From Octopus sinensis (Eukaryota): DNA of 64,000 nucleotides. Positions 1-14,586 of the stretch are shown piece after piece. The stretch lies in assembly GCF_006345805.1 (NCBI RefSeq), contig NC_043017.1:5270001-5334000 (forward strand), given 5' to 3'. A model generated the notes under the pieces. That model saw nothing but the letters and a program-made list of their open reading frames with translations. It did not search any database and was not told the DNA's origin. Position 1 is the stretch's first letter. Each line of letters begins with the position of its first letter. The translations under genes were made by a program, and so were the position numbers.

Positions 1-142
1 CATAACTACAGCTTTGTGTAGATTGTAAATATTCATTCAGTCACACACACACACACATATATTCACACACAAACATATATGTATATGTGTGTGTGTGTTT
101 GTGTGTAATTAGCTGTTTTAGATGAGCTGAAATATCTAGTAG

Positions 143-415
143 TCATCATCATCGTTGTTCGACCATGGTCGAGACAATGGAATTTACCATGCTACGCCAG
201 ACTTCACGGTCCATCATGGCATTACGGAGGTCCTGTTGCTGGATGCCTGTATCCCTGGAGATTACATCAGGGTAGGAGAGTGTGCACCCTCTGGTATTGC
301 GAGTAGATGGCTTCCAGAGGAGGAGAGTAGAAATTACCCCATTTTCAGCCCTACAACAATGTCCAGCAAACTGGACTCTCCTACCTTTCACAAGAGATGA
401 TACAGTAGTGGTAGG
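143..415 (-). mobile_element. RTE-clade LINE 3' end fragment
   Basis: Translates to RRVQFAGHCCRAENGVISTLLLWKP...YPDVISRDTG...AMMDREVWRSMV (RTE ORF C-terminus), followed by a (GAT)n tail. Confidence 0.8.
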
Positions 416-2472
416 AAAGACAGCAAGAGAGGACACAGTACATTTGTGCTCCAGTTGTTGTAGTATGTTGTTGATTGCCCATAGGGTAATAGTAGCCTGT
501 CTTTGAGATGTAGGTCTAGGAAGTATGTGTGTATGTGTGTATATGTTTAAAATTGTATTGTGTTTGTGTGTGTGTGAAACAGTTGTACTGTGTCTGTGTA
601 ACAGCTGTATGTAAACAGTTCTGTAATATGAGTCTAGGAAGTTGAGGGTTTGTGTTTGTGTGTGTGTAACAGTGACATTGTCCTTAAAATGTAAATAGTG
701 CAGTAATGTGGGTCTCAGATGTGTGTGTGTGTGTAACAGTAGCATTGTTCCGTGTCTGTAAGCAGCACTTTAACGCAGGTCTTGTGTGTGTGTGTGTGTC
801 TTTGTGTGTAATTAGCTGTTTTAGAGAAGCTAAAGTAGATGTAGTAGTGGTAGGAGAGACAGCAAGAGGGGACATAGTATATTTGTGATCCAGTTATTGC
901 TGTGTGTTGTTGATAGTCATTTGGGTGATTGCCCTTCTTTGTGATGTAGGTCGTGGATGTGTGTAAGAGCAGTATGTAAACAGAACTGTAACATGAGTCT
1001 AGAATGCGTGAGGGTCTGTGTGTAACAGCAGTGCTGTCCTTAAAGTGTAAATAATGCAATAATGTGGGTCTCAGATGTGTGTGAGAGACATCAGATCTGT
1101 TTCGTAAATCATCATCATCATCATTTAAAGTTCGTTTTCCATGCTGGCATGAGTTGGACAGCTTGACGGGAGCTGGCAAGGCTGGGAGCTGCACCAAGTT
1201 CCACTTGTCTCTTTTTGCATGGTTTCTATGGTTAGTTGCCCTTCCTAATAATGCCAACCACTTTACAAGGTGCGTTGAGTGCTCTCTACATGGGCACCAG
1301 TGTCAGTGATTTTTATGTGGCACCATCATGACTGCTTTTTATGTGGCACCATCACCAGTGCTTTTTATGTGGCACCAGCATCAGTGGTTTCCATGTGGCA
1401 CCATCATGACTGCTTTTTATGTGGCACCATCACAAGTGCTTTTTACATGGAACCATCAGAAGTGCTTTTTATGTGGCACAGCACCAGTGCTTCTTATGTG
1501 GCACTATTTAAATATTATTACTTCGAGTTGACCTGGCTCTTGGACAGAAATCAGGAACTTTTCTGAGGAAAAGTTTTAACCATTTTATGGTAGCATCCTC
1601 TCCAGGGAAGATTTGTCTCACATCTGTTGAAACTGGAGCTCTTTACAAATTTTATACTTTCTTGAAGAGTTAACTTTAAAGGAAAACAAAAATAAACGTT
1701 TTTCTTTATGTTGGCACCATATGAAGAATGGCAGGGGGGACAGGAATTGTTATTAAATACTTTAAAACCAGCAGCTTTTGAAAAACTAAAGTGGTTGGAG
1801 GTGGGGTGGGGGTGGCATGTGAGATTTCAATTGAAATTCCAATAAGAACCTAAATTCAATATTTTACCAATTCCAAGAATAATTTTTTTTTTTTTTTCAA
1901 ATTTTAAATTCAAATTCAGTTTCATTTTAAAACAGTTGCAAAAAACAAACAAACTAACAAATAAACGAAACCTTTTATTAATTTATAATTTGTTTCTATC
2001 TCAGTTGCATCCACTAATTTCGGCTTAAGAAAGCATATCTCCATTTAAATAGTTTGAAATTACAAACTTGCAAACATTGTGAAGGAGTTACGTAGGATGG
2101 GCTGGGATGGAATGGCATAGAAGCAGACACTAAAAGAAAAAAAGCAAAAAAAAAGCAAAAGTGCTTGATTCCAAATTGCCATATCATAAATACACGTCAA
2201 TATTTGGCTTTGCATTCTACAAACACTGTAGAATTAATTCTCCAGATGTCTTCTCTCAAAACTCTAAAGCTTATTTCTCTCTTTCTCTCTCGTTGCCATT
2301 CTGCCTCTCCGTCTCTCTCTCTCTGGGATTCTTGTAGAAATATATTCCTAACAATGTATTTTGGTGTAATTTACCAAAAGTTCCTTCTTCTGATATCTAT
2401 CTGCAGAATTGAGCTAAGTACAGTCTACCATTATTTTTTTTTTAATAGTATTTTTTCTTGGTTTATTTTCTA

Positions 2473-2524
<52 letters not shown>

Positions 2525-4785
2525 GGTTTTTCATTTTATGTTAGTGAAAACATGTGTTGGTGGTTACAGGATTAGACCAATCGCTGCTTTTCTGATACCG
2601 GTAATGACAAGGGGATTGTCTGTAACTCAAAGCAGAACAAATATTACAACAGGCTTCATTCAAAAAGCAATGACTTTTCAGTCATTTTTACATTGTTCAC
2701 CCCTTATACATGTGAAACACACGTGTATGTACAGACCCACACACACACACGGGCAAACACACACACACACGTCTTTATCTTATTTGCCTGTTTCTGTCAT
2801 TGGACTGTGACCATGCTAGAACACTGGGGTTTGATGGGTTTTAGTCAAACAAATCAACCCCAGTACTCATGCGTTCTTTTTTAAGTCTGCACTTAATTTT
2901 GTTGATCTCTTTTGCCAAACTGATAAGTTATGGGGGGGGGGGACTTCATTAAAAAAACCCAGAGTACTGGGGTCGATTTGTTTGACTAAAACCCATCAAA
3001 CCCCAAGATTTGCTTGTGTTAGGAACATAAATTGTGACTAAAGATTGGTGGAAGATTTTGATTCAAAACTTATGAAAACAAGACATTTGTACTCAGAGCC
3101 AGAGCTGGTTTCAGCTGGGTTGGTAACGAAAGGGTTAATGCCAGTGAAAACGGTGCATTATACAACTGTAGGAATGGAATCGGCAACAGGTCTTTACAAG
3201 AACACGGTCGATAATATGAAATAGATAAACATTGATGTAAACTCAGAATTGTTTATGAGTTCAAGAAAGATTGTCAACAACATGAGATTGTCTGGTTGCT
3301 AGGCATGGAACGACCGTTATGAATAAGGGCCTGTCTAGTTGCTAAGCATGAAAGACCATTATCAACTTGGGGTTGTCTGGTTGCCAGGCAAGGAAGGCCA
3401 TTAGCTGGGATCAACATTCTGAATAGGTTCAATATATATTTATGTTCCGATATCAATAACATCTAATAACGATTTATGTAATCAAACTTACTTCATTATT
3501 CTCATGTTAATTAACAAAAGTGCCACAATAAATTGCTTCTGCATGAAACCATTGTAATTAAAATTGAAAGCCGCTGATGACGTGCCTGTCGTCTAATTAA
3601 TCACTAATTAACAGCAATTATAGATAACGAAGACTGACCTGTAAATGACCTGAAAAGAAAATGGATAAATCTCGTTAATATGGTTCACTTAAAATGAATT
3701 GATAATTTGTGTGTGGGAAGGATTTGCATCTTGTTTCTGTAAGGTACACTGCTGCTGCTACTGCTGCTGCTGCTGCTGCTACTACAGTCAGCTTAACTTA
3801 AAATTGCAGGTATGTAAATAATAATCCTGTCTCCTATAAGCACAAGGCCTGGTATTTAGTAGGGGGCATAGTCAATTATATCAACCCCAGCAGGATAAAA
3901 GGCAAAAGTCGACCTCAGCAGAATTTGATCTCAGAACGTAAAGATGGATGAAATGCTATTGAGCATTTCGACTAGCATGTTAATGATTCTGCCAGCTTGC
4001 CACCTTGATGATGAGGATAATGGTAATGATAATAATCATCATCATCATCATCATCGTTTAGCGTCCGCTTTCTATGCTGGCATGGGTTGGACGGTTCAAC
4101 TGGGGTCTGGGAAGCCAGAAGGCTGCACCAAGCCCAGTCTGATCTGGCTATGTTTCTACGGCTGGATGCCCTTCCTAACGCCAATAATAATAATAATAAT
4201 AATCCTTTCTACTAAAGGCCTAAGGCCTGGAGTTTATCAGGAGGGGTCTAGTCAGTTACATCAACCCCAGCGTTTCACTGGTACTTAATTTATTGACCCC
4301 CAAAAGGATGAGAGGCAAAGTCAATCTCAGTGGAATTTGAACTCAGAACATAGTGACAGACAAAAGTACCATTGAGCATTTTGTCTGGCATGCTAACAAT
4401 TCTGCCAGCTTGCTACCTTAATAATAATAACAACAACAATAGTGATGATGATGATGATGATGGTGGTGGTTTCAAATTTTGGCACAAGGCCAGCAAGTTC
4501 AGGAGAGGGGTTAAGTTGATTATATTGACCCCCAGCGCTCGACTGGTACTTAATTTGTTGACCCTGAATAGATGAAAGGCAAAGTCGACGTTGGCAGAAT
4601 GATGGTAATAGTAATTGATTGAAATCTTGGCACAAGGTCCATGGCAGCGCAATGCCGAATGCGGATCTCTCGAGGATGAAGATAGAAAGAATTAAATGTC
4701 AGCATCCCTCACATGTGGTAACTTGTATTATTTTGATGAAAATACCAGCATCTCTCTGTCTTTCATTCTTTCTCTCTCTTCTTTA

Positions 4786-4816
<31 letters not shown>

Positions 4817-5268
4817 CAGACAGACAGATAGAGAGAGAAACAGAGAGCTTCTCATTCTCTGTTCTTCAAGTTTACTCTTTTACCCTTTTACTTGTTTCAG
4901 TCATGTGACTGTGGCCATGCTGGAGCACCGCCTTTAGTCGAGCAAATCGACCCCAGGACTTACTCTTTGTAAGCCTAGTACTTATTTTCTCGGTCTCTTT
5001 TGCCTAACCACTAAGTTATGGGGATATAAACACACCATCGGCTGTTGAGCAATGGTTGGGGGACAAACACCAACACACAACCACACACACACACACACAC
5101 ATATATATATACGACCAGCTTCTTTCAGTTTCTGTCTACCAGATCCACACACAAGGCTTTGGTTGGCCCAAGGTTATAGTAGAAGACACTTGCCCAAGGT
5201 GCCATGCAATGGCACTGAACCTGGAACCATGTGGTTGAGAAGCAAACTTCTTACCACACAGCCATGCC

Positions 5269-5310
<42 letters not shown>

Positions 5311-6728
5311 TAATAATAATTTGTTGTAATCCTTTTGTCTCAGGAGACCATGGAGTTCTGCATAAACTAATCCAGTCTGGTTTTTACATTTCATGTCCTC
5401 TCCTGTTTTGCTCAGGCCTGGGCTCGATGTAAGAAAATCCTGGGTAGCCCAATCGTCAGGATTCCTCTCTTGACCTTGCTGGCATAGCCCAAACGAGTGC
5501 AGAGCATTACATTTGGCACCAGCTTGGTTGCAGGAGCTGCCGGAAGAGTGTCGAGTCGAACACTAAACTGCCTACGGGGCTCCACTCCGGATTTCTTTGA
5601 AGGTTATCTCCTTTCCGTAACTCTGGATAGGGGTCCATTCCAGGTACTGTCAGCCAGAGCCAGCTGAGCCCGGGACTCATGTCGGGTAGGGTTGTCCCTC
5701 CCTCAAGTAGTGAAGAAAATTGCTACCCACTACCTATAATAATAATAATAACAATAATAATAATAATAATAATAATAACAATAATAATAATAGTGATAAT
5801 GATAATAATAATAATAATAATGATAATAATAATAATCCTTTCTAGTATAGGCACAAGGCCTGAAATTTGTTGGGGAGAGGGATAGTTGATAATGACAATA
5901 ATGATTTCAAATTTTGGCACAAGGCCAGTAATTTTGGTGGGGGAGCGGTCGCTAAGTCAGCTAGATTGACTCCAGTGTGCAACTGGTAGCTGTTTTATCA
6001 ACCCTGAAGTGATGAAAGGCATAGTCAGTCTCTGTGGAATTTGAACCTAGAACGTTAAGAACCAGAGAAAATGCCACTCAGCATTTTTGTCTAATGATGA
6101 TAATAATAATAAGAAGAAGAACAACAACAACAATAATAAATTAAAGATGCTGAGGGTAAGATAACTTACGTAAAAGTTTATTTTTCAACTTTTTCCTCAT
6201 TTTTTTTATAAATCTCTCCCCCCCACCTCATACCCCACCCCCAACACTCCTGCTTTGTCAATATTTCGAAGGAAGAAAAAAAAAACAAACAAATAACAAT
6301 AGTCATTTTATGAACCCACCCATCCACCCTACCTACTACCACCAGTACATACAATTCCCCTCCCCTCTACACGCATATACACAGAAAAATACTGTAGAAA
6401 TGATCTGTCATAGAAACTACACCCCTAACCCCCCCCCTCCGCCACTAACCCACTCTACCCCTCGTTTACTTCCATACACAAACAGTAAAAGATGTGTTGA
6501 GGGATTCTTAGCACCTCACCGCAACGCAAACAATGTGTATGGATATGGAATGCCCTGTCGCTCTCTCTATACACACACTCACATACACATATGTATATAT
6601 GAATACACACACACACATATAAATACATATAACTATATATATATATATATATCTGTAACACTCATATATGTGATATGTATATATGCACTCACAAATGTAT
6701 TTGGAACACTTGATGTGTGAACATATAC

Positions 6729-6763
<35 letters not shown>

Positions 6764-8024
6764 TATATAATATATATATATATTATATATATATACACAC
6801 GCACATACATATATCCTTTCATATATATATCCATGTAACCTTTCCTGTAGAAGCTCCTTCTATAAAAAATATATATATATTATTTATATATATATATATA
6901 TATATATATGCATATATCCATTCATAATGTCCTTGTATATATATATATATATATATATATACATACACATATATCCACACACACATATATATATATACAC
7001 ACATGTATCCATTCATGTATATATATATATAGACACACACTTATTGTATCCCTTTAAAGACCCCAACTTTAGTAAACAGAAGTTGTGCATTACCAAATGT
7101 CCTATATGTAAGGCTTGTGCCCACAACTCCCTTCTCTCCCTTAACACGGGGACACACCCTTTAACGTTATTAACACCCTCTTTTCCTTTTTCCCCTTCCC
7201 CCCTCTTTCTCTCCCTCTATCAATATAAGGGCACACCCTTCAACATTGATAAATGATACCTTAAAAAAACCTGATCCGGTACCTCTCCACACACCTTACT
7301 CTTCCCCTCTCTCTCCCCCCTAATTATGGTAATAATCATCACATCAGCTCATTACTGCATTCCTTACATTTGTCTGTGCATCTTATGGTGTGCCTGTCGG
7401 GGGGGGGAGACAGAGATAGGGAGAGAGAAAGAGAGGCTTTTGCAGATATCTATGTACACACATGCCATAGCAGATATCGTTTCTTCTTGTCATGCTATTC
7501 TGTGTGTCACCCCATCCATACCCACCCACCCTCACTGTTCATGCGCGGTTTCCCCTGGCCCCTACCCCCCCCTTCTCTCTGCCTTCTACAGATCAAATAT
7601 TCTGCTCTATTCATTTTATGAAATCAAATTACAATCAAATGGCAAATGTAGTTGTGTCCCTCCGTGCTGGTGGCAGATAAAAAGCACCATCCGAACGTGG
7701 CTGATGCCAGCTCCCCTGGCCCCTGTGCTGGTGGCATTTAAAAAGCACCATCCGAACGTGGCTGATGCCAGCTCCCCTGGCCCCTGTGCTGGTGGCATTT
7801 AAAAAGCACCCACTACACTCTCAAAGTGGTTGGCATTAGGAAGGGCATCCAGCTGTAGAAACAGTGCCAGATCAGGTTGGGGTCTGGTGCAGAGCCTCCT
7901 GGCTTCCCAGACCCCAGTCGGACCATCCAACTCTAGTGAGTGGGATAAAACGGATACATGACTGGTGCCAGCCATTGACAAAATGGATAGGAAACAATTG
8001 ATGTATGAAAATGTTATCTAAATA

Positions 8025-8458
8025 GGCGCAGGAGTGGCTGTGTGGTAAGTAGCATAGGCACAGGAGTGGCTGTGTTGTAAGTAGCTTGTTTACCAACCAC
8101 ATGGTTCCAGGTTCATCCCACTGCGTGACAACTTGGGCAAGTGTCTTCTACTATAGCCTCGGGCCGACCAAAGCCTTGTGAGTGGATTTGGTAGACGGAA
8201 ACTGAAAGAAGCTCGTCGTATATATGTATATATATATGTATATGTGTGTGTGTTTGTATGACTGTGTTTGTTCCACTAGCATTGCTTGACAACCGATGCT
8301 GGTGTGTTTATGTCCCTGTTACCTTGCGGTTCGGCAAAAGAGACCGATAGAATAAGTACTGGGCTTACAAAAGAATAAGTCCCGGGGTCGAGTTGCTCGA
8401 CTAAAGGCGGTGCTCCAGCATGGACGCAGTCAAATGACTGAAACAAGTAAAAGAGTAA
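8025..8458 (+). mobile_element. tRNA-derived SINE family A (representative copy)
   Basis: Head GGCGCAGGAGTGGCTGTGTGG...GGTTCAGTCCC, central (TA)(TG) microsatellite, tail AAACAAGTAAAAGAGTA. Plus copies at about 13253-13674, 20159-20545, 25507-25890, 26141-26560, 31746-32145, 36510-37235, 38980-39310. Minus copies at about 4871-5270, 11860-12245, 18246-18655, 23400-23788, 47680-47825. Confidence 0.88.
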
Positions 8459-10160
8459 ATAATACAGTTGACATTAAAAATGGTTGATATTTTAGTAAAT
8501 AAAAAATTCATGCTCTGTCATAAAGTCCACTGGTCGGTCACCCGCCACGAGGCCTCCAGCTGATCAGAGCAGTTGAACAGCCTGCTCGTGACATTAACAT
8601 GCAAATGGCTTAACACATGTGGCTAAATGGTTAGGGTATTCGGCTTACAATCATAAGATTGTGAGTTCGATTCCCAGCGACGCGTTGTGTCCTTGAGCAA
8701 GATACTTCATTTCATGTTGCTCCAGGTCCCTCAGCTGGTAAAAATGTGTTGTGCTTGAATTTCGAAAGGGCAACTGTGTCAGTATCTGTGTCATACTGAA
8801 TCGATCTGAGAACGAAATTATGCTCAGCCTCTTGCATGTTAATTATCATGAGCAGGCTGTTTCTGTTGATTAGATCAATTGGAACTCTCCTCGTTACCAA
8901 TGGAGTGCCAGTTCGTTAAAGACGAAGTTTTTTTTTTTTCGTAGGGGCCCACAAAGGGAAGAGCTAGCAGGGGATTAGAACCCAAGACTTATACTAAGCA
9001 GATTTGTGCTGATATAAACGGCAATTCCTCTGACCTGCCGAATATGAGGAACAATAGAATCGGATGGTGAGAGAGAATCGGGAGAATTTGTACCAGCAGT
9101 GCAATCAGACGATGAGCTCCAAATCAATCTTGATTGGAGAATATTATAATCAGAGGCACTCCAGCCATGACTTTACCATCTGCTCTATATTTAAAGCATT
9201 GATTACTGATGCAATTGTCCTCAAAGCGAGTCCCAGCCCCCGAAAATATGGGAATTGTTTTACCCTCCCCTCAACACAAAATAGTTCATACTCATAACTC
9301 TTCTTTCATCAGTATAGGGCTAGACAACTCCTTAGCATTCAAATCAACCATATCTGGCCTAAATATTCTACCCCCCCCTACTTTTTTTTTGCAAACTCGC
9401 TAGATCTGCCCTGTCACACTTACTCTGGTGCTGGTTTGTTTTTATCCCCCCCCTGCCCCAATGACTTAGCAGTTTGGCAAAAGATGTCTTTAGAATAAAC
9501 ATCAGGCTCAAAAAGATAATAAAAAAAAAAGAGCAAACAAACAAATTAGCATTGCGGGGTGGGTGGGGTCAATTTGTTCAGCTAAAAACCTTCAAGGGAG
9601 TGCCCCAGCATGGCTGTAACCCAACGACTGAAACATGCAAAAGCTAAAAGACGACATTTTTACCCATCCTCACAGCACGGCCCCTTCCCCAATAACACCT
9701 GCCCCGCCCACGAGAAACTCCAGTTTAATGCAGACTTCTTTTATAAAAACCATAACATGTGATTCGATTGAGATTTAGCAGCTATTTCTATCAAACAGAG
9801 CAAGCATAAAGATGGTTTCTTGCCGGAACGTAAAAGGTGAACTTGGTACAGAGTGACTTCACTTGCTACTGTGTAAACCGTACTAGTTAAGTAAAAACAG
9901 TGTTTAGTTAGTTAACCATAGAGAATATGGTTGCTAACATATATTTAATCTATAGTTTATCAGTTCAGTTACCTAAGCAATGTATTTCCGCTTAAGTTCA
10001 GCTTTAAGTGATGGGTGAAATTTCCCAGCTGAACCATTCCTTGTTCAACTGTTTATTCTGCTCTTCAAACAGAGATAAGACAGGAATTCTCTAGTTTACA
10101 TACACAGCTACATGTTTCTGTATCTACCTATAGTGTCTGTGTGTATATATATATATATAT

Positions 10161-10225
<65 letters not shown>

Positions 10226-10358
10226 TATATGTATTTGTGTATGGGTGCATCTGATGGAAAAAACTTGATGTCATTGTTTTTTTTTTTAATATTCGCTGTT
10301 TATTTATGTCTTGTTATATTTAGACACACAAGCAGTGGTAGTAATGGTATTGGTGGTG

Positions 10359-10391
<33 letters not shown>

Positions 10392-11695
10392 ATGGTTGTT
10401 TTATTGCTTTGGTTAAGCACACTTGTAAATCCCAACTCCCACCCTGAACTGGTACCTTACCCCCCCTGCCACCCCTACCCCCACCCCGCAACTGGTCCCA
10501 GTTTTGTAGCAGACTTGGCACCGTTTCACTTGTGTTCACTGTTTTCCCTTTTAGACAATACAAATTCTGTTAATTGCGATGATTTCCAACAAATTCCTTG
10601 GCTCCACCAAACAGCAGCAGGAGTAGTAGCAGCAGCAGCAACAATATAAATATGGTGGTGGTGGTGGTGGTGGTGGTTGTTAGTGGTTGTAATAATTGAC
10701 AGTTGTGGCGGTGGTTTTTTTTTTTTTTTCATCTTGGCTTCATACAAGATATTGTTGTTCTATCCAAGAACTAAAGCACCAATTTGGCAGAATCCTTGAG
10801 GTGTTGTGGCTGTGTGGCAAGAAGCTTGCTTCCCAACCACATGGTTCCAGGTTCAGTCCCACTGCATGGCACCTTTGGGCAAGTGCCTTCTACTATAGCC
10901 TCAGGCTGACCAAAGTCTTGTGAGTGGATTTGGTAGCCGGAAACTGAAATAAACCTCCTCCTCCTCCAATTCTTCTTCTTCTTCTTCCTCCTCCTCCTCT
11001 TCCAATTTTTCTTCCTCCTCCTCCTCCAATTCTTCTTCCTCCTTCTCCAATTCTTCCACCTCCTCTTCAAATTCTTCTTCGTCTTCTTCCTCCTCTTCCC
11101 CCTCCTCCAATTCTTCTTCTTCTTCCAATTCTTGTTGTCGTAGAAGAAGAAGGAAACCTATTTCCTTCCATGATTCATTCAGAATAATAGCTGATAACGT
11201 TCTTAATCTTACAAAACCATTAATGTTTTTCTTTCCTCTTTCCTTGAGATCCCTCTCTCTCTCTCTCTCCCACCTTCTGCCTGTCTCTGCCATTACCTTC
11301 TTCTTGTTAGTCTTAATGTATTTCGAAAGAGACTCATGACAAACCTTGTTTATAGCTTTTCCGTCTCTTTTATTGTCATAAAGGCTTCGTATATTTTCTC
11401 ATCATTCCTGCCAGGGGGTTTCCCCTCTGTTTACAATCAGAATAATGACTGGTAGTTGCTCTACTCAAGATTTCAGCTTCTTACCAACTGAGATATCAGC
11501 ACAAACAAAAGATATGTCTCTCTGGTGGTTAGACTGTTGCACTCATCATCTCTAGATTGTGGGTTTGATTCTCTGATTGGGCAGCGCATTGTGTTCTTGA
11601 GCAAAACACTTCATTTCACATCGCTCCAAGCCCACTTTTGATCAGGGGGCAAAGGTTGGCCTGCTTGCTCACCTAACCAGTGTGGTGGCATCGTT

Positions 11696-11900
11696 AGGCG
11701 GCGAGCTGGCAGAAACGTTAGCACGTGGGCGAAATACTTAGTGGTATTTCTTCTGCCGCTACATTCTGAGTTCAAATTCCACCGAGGTCGACTTTGCCTT
11801 TCATTCTTTCGGGGTCGATAAATTAAGTACCAGTTACGCACTGGGGGCGATGTAATCGACTTAATCCGTTTGTCTGTCCTTGTTTGTCCCTTCTGTGTTT
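11696..11900 (+). mobile_element. SINE family B (GAGCTGGCAGAAACGTTAGCA...GTCGACTTTGCCTTTCATCCTTTCGGGGTCGAT), representative copy
   Basis: Copies at about 24305-24485, 43365-43600, 43595-43800 (+) and 3830-4005, 4210-4600, 5850-6085, 16445-16590, 16960-17500, 35840-36510 (-). Confidence 0.8.
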
Positions 11901-13180
11901 AGTAGTAAAAAAATAGGCATCGTTTGAAAGCTAAAATAATGCAAAAAGCGCATTGTGACCAGCGATGTATAATAACATCTGATAACCTGGTCAGTCACAT
12001 GATCATGTGATCTACACATCCATACATACATACATATACACATGCATATATAAGTACACACAGTTATATACATATGCATACTTCCATATACGATAGGCTT
12101 CCATGCAGTTTCCATCTACCAAATTCACTCACAAGGCATTGGTTGGTAAAAGACACTTGACCAAAGTAGTGCTGTGCAGTGGAACTGAACCTGAAGCCAT
12201 GCAGCTTCAAAGCAAGCTTCTTAGTCACCAAGCCACCTCTCCACCTAGGTGAATATGTTTTAGGTAGAAATTCTATCTTGCTTCTGCTTTGTTGCTTCAG
12301 CTGCCAAAGTCTGTTGTTAAATCATTTATTTTTTTACCATTTCCTGTTACTAAATGCCTGGAATTGTTCTTCAAACAAAATCCACATTGCAACTGCAGAC
12401 ACTTCCACTTCGAAGCTATTCAGAAATACCACTTAAACTAACTGCTTGCTGCCAGGAAGAACCAGCAATCAAAATTGGTTTTGGAAGAACAGGATTCTGT
12501 TTAATTTATGGCTACTCATATGAAGTATAAAGATGGTGGTGATGATGATGATGTTTGTAGTGACACTGATAATGATGGTGGTGGTGATGATGATGATGAT
12601 GATTATCATCATCATCTGTCTATACTTGAACCAGTTAGACAGTCACAACCATCACCATGGCAACAAGACATCAGTGTTGTTTTTACTACTATGTATCAGC
12701 AAACATCACTAGGTTCTCATCATCATCATCATTATCATCATCATTTTAATGTTCAATTTTTCCATGCTTGCATGGATCAAATGGTCTTTTATTGTGGTAG
12801 ATGTTTCCACGGCTGGATGCTCTTCCTGCCACCAAACCTTCATTCGTTTCCTAGTTAAGTAATATTACTACTCCATAACCACCATATTGGAAATGAATGT
12901 CACAAAATTGAAGAATATTAGAAAATAAACGACACTGCTTGTATGACAGGGACACTCATTTACAAATATCATGTGATGACAAGACAAAGAGGCATAAAGA
13001 CACACACGTATATTCATATGTGAAAAGCATTGGTGTGGGTACTGATGCCACATAAAAAACACTGGTGATGGTGCCACATAAAAAGCATTGGTGAAAGTGT
13101 GTAAAAAGCAACCAGTACCACTCTGTGGTTTAACTATCTGTCCAGTACCTCTGTCTGTCTGTCTGTTTCTCTCTCTCTCC

Positions 13181-13217
<37 letters not shown>

Positions 13218-13425
13218 TACCACACAGCCACTTCTATGTCTAGATGTATATAGGCGTAGGGGTGGCTGTGTGGTAAGTAGCTTGCTTAACAACCACATGA
13301 TTCTGGATTCATTCCCACTGTATGGCATCTTGGGCAAGTGTCTTCTATTATAGCCTTTGGCCGACCAAAGCCTTGTGAGTGGATTTGGTAGGCGGAAACT
13401 GAAACAATCCCATCGTATATATGTG

Positions 13426-13458
<33 letters not shown>

Positions 13459-14442
13459 ATATGTTTGCGTGATTGTGTGTCTGTTTGTCCCCCCAACATG
13501 GCTTGACAACTGATGCTGGTGTGTTTACATCCCCGTAACTTAGCGGTTCGGCAAAAGAGACTGATAGAATAAGTACTAGGCCTACAAAGAATAAGTCCTG
13601 GGATCAATTTGCTCGACTAAAGGTGGTGCTTCAGCATGGCCACAGTCAAATGACTGAAACAAGTAAAAGAGAGTGTATATATATATATATATATATATAT
13701 ACATACACATACACACACATGTATGTATACATATATTTTCCAGCAGTACTGGTGGTTCTGGTAATGTAGACTGCTATATAATAATTATTAAAAGACAGAT
13801 GGTGGAGTCGGGATGACCACCACCACATCAGTTACATTTTTTCAATTGATCGATTGCCTCTCTTTTTAAACATTGTCTTTCATGGCATTGTTGTACATAT
13901 AAAAGGGTTCTTTCGACTTATTGACCCGAACATATTTTATATTCACCTCTTTCAAGTTTTCCTCAATGGACCAGAATAGAAGATAAAAAAATTATTTGAA
14001 TTGCTTTGAACCGTTGTTGTGTCTACACACACACACACACACAAAGATACACACATATATGGTCAGATATTTATACACAAACACAAGCAAACATATGTTG
14101 TTTGCAATGAAGACAAATAAAAAGTACTCAATAGCTGATATAAAGTATAGTTTGTATTTTTATTTGGCTGTGTCTCTTGCGCCATTATTTACGGTTCATT
14201 CTTATGCGTTTGAACACAAGTGCAAACACAAAAATATCTGTGCATACATATAGTTTCAGCTGAATAAACGTGCAGATTGTGTGTGTTCAGACATACATAC
14301 ACAACACATATACACACACACACACACACATGTATACACACACACACACACATATGCAGACATACATATGTACATACACACAAACACAACACGTACATAT
14401 ATGTATGTATATATGCATATATTTATATATTATTTATATACA

Positions 14443-14474
<32 letters not shown>

Positions 14475-14534
14475 CATGTATATATACATGTATATATATA
14501 TGCATGTATGTATATATATATATATAAACATGTA

Positions 14535-14586
<52 letters not shown>

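Noticed and set aside
9000-9365. Coding exon or intact gene (77-aa ORF)
   Set aside because: No splice signals fit the RasGAP gene. The minus strand has multiple stops and only a faint resemblance to a LINE RT region, so it is too weak to annotate.
10771-11293. Poly-Glu and Arg/Lys-rich ORFs
   Set aside because: Products of a (TTC/CTC)n microsatellite adjoining a SINE; no splice or homology support.
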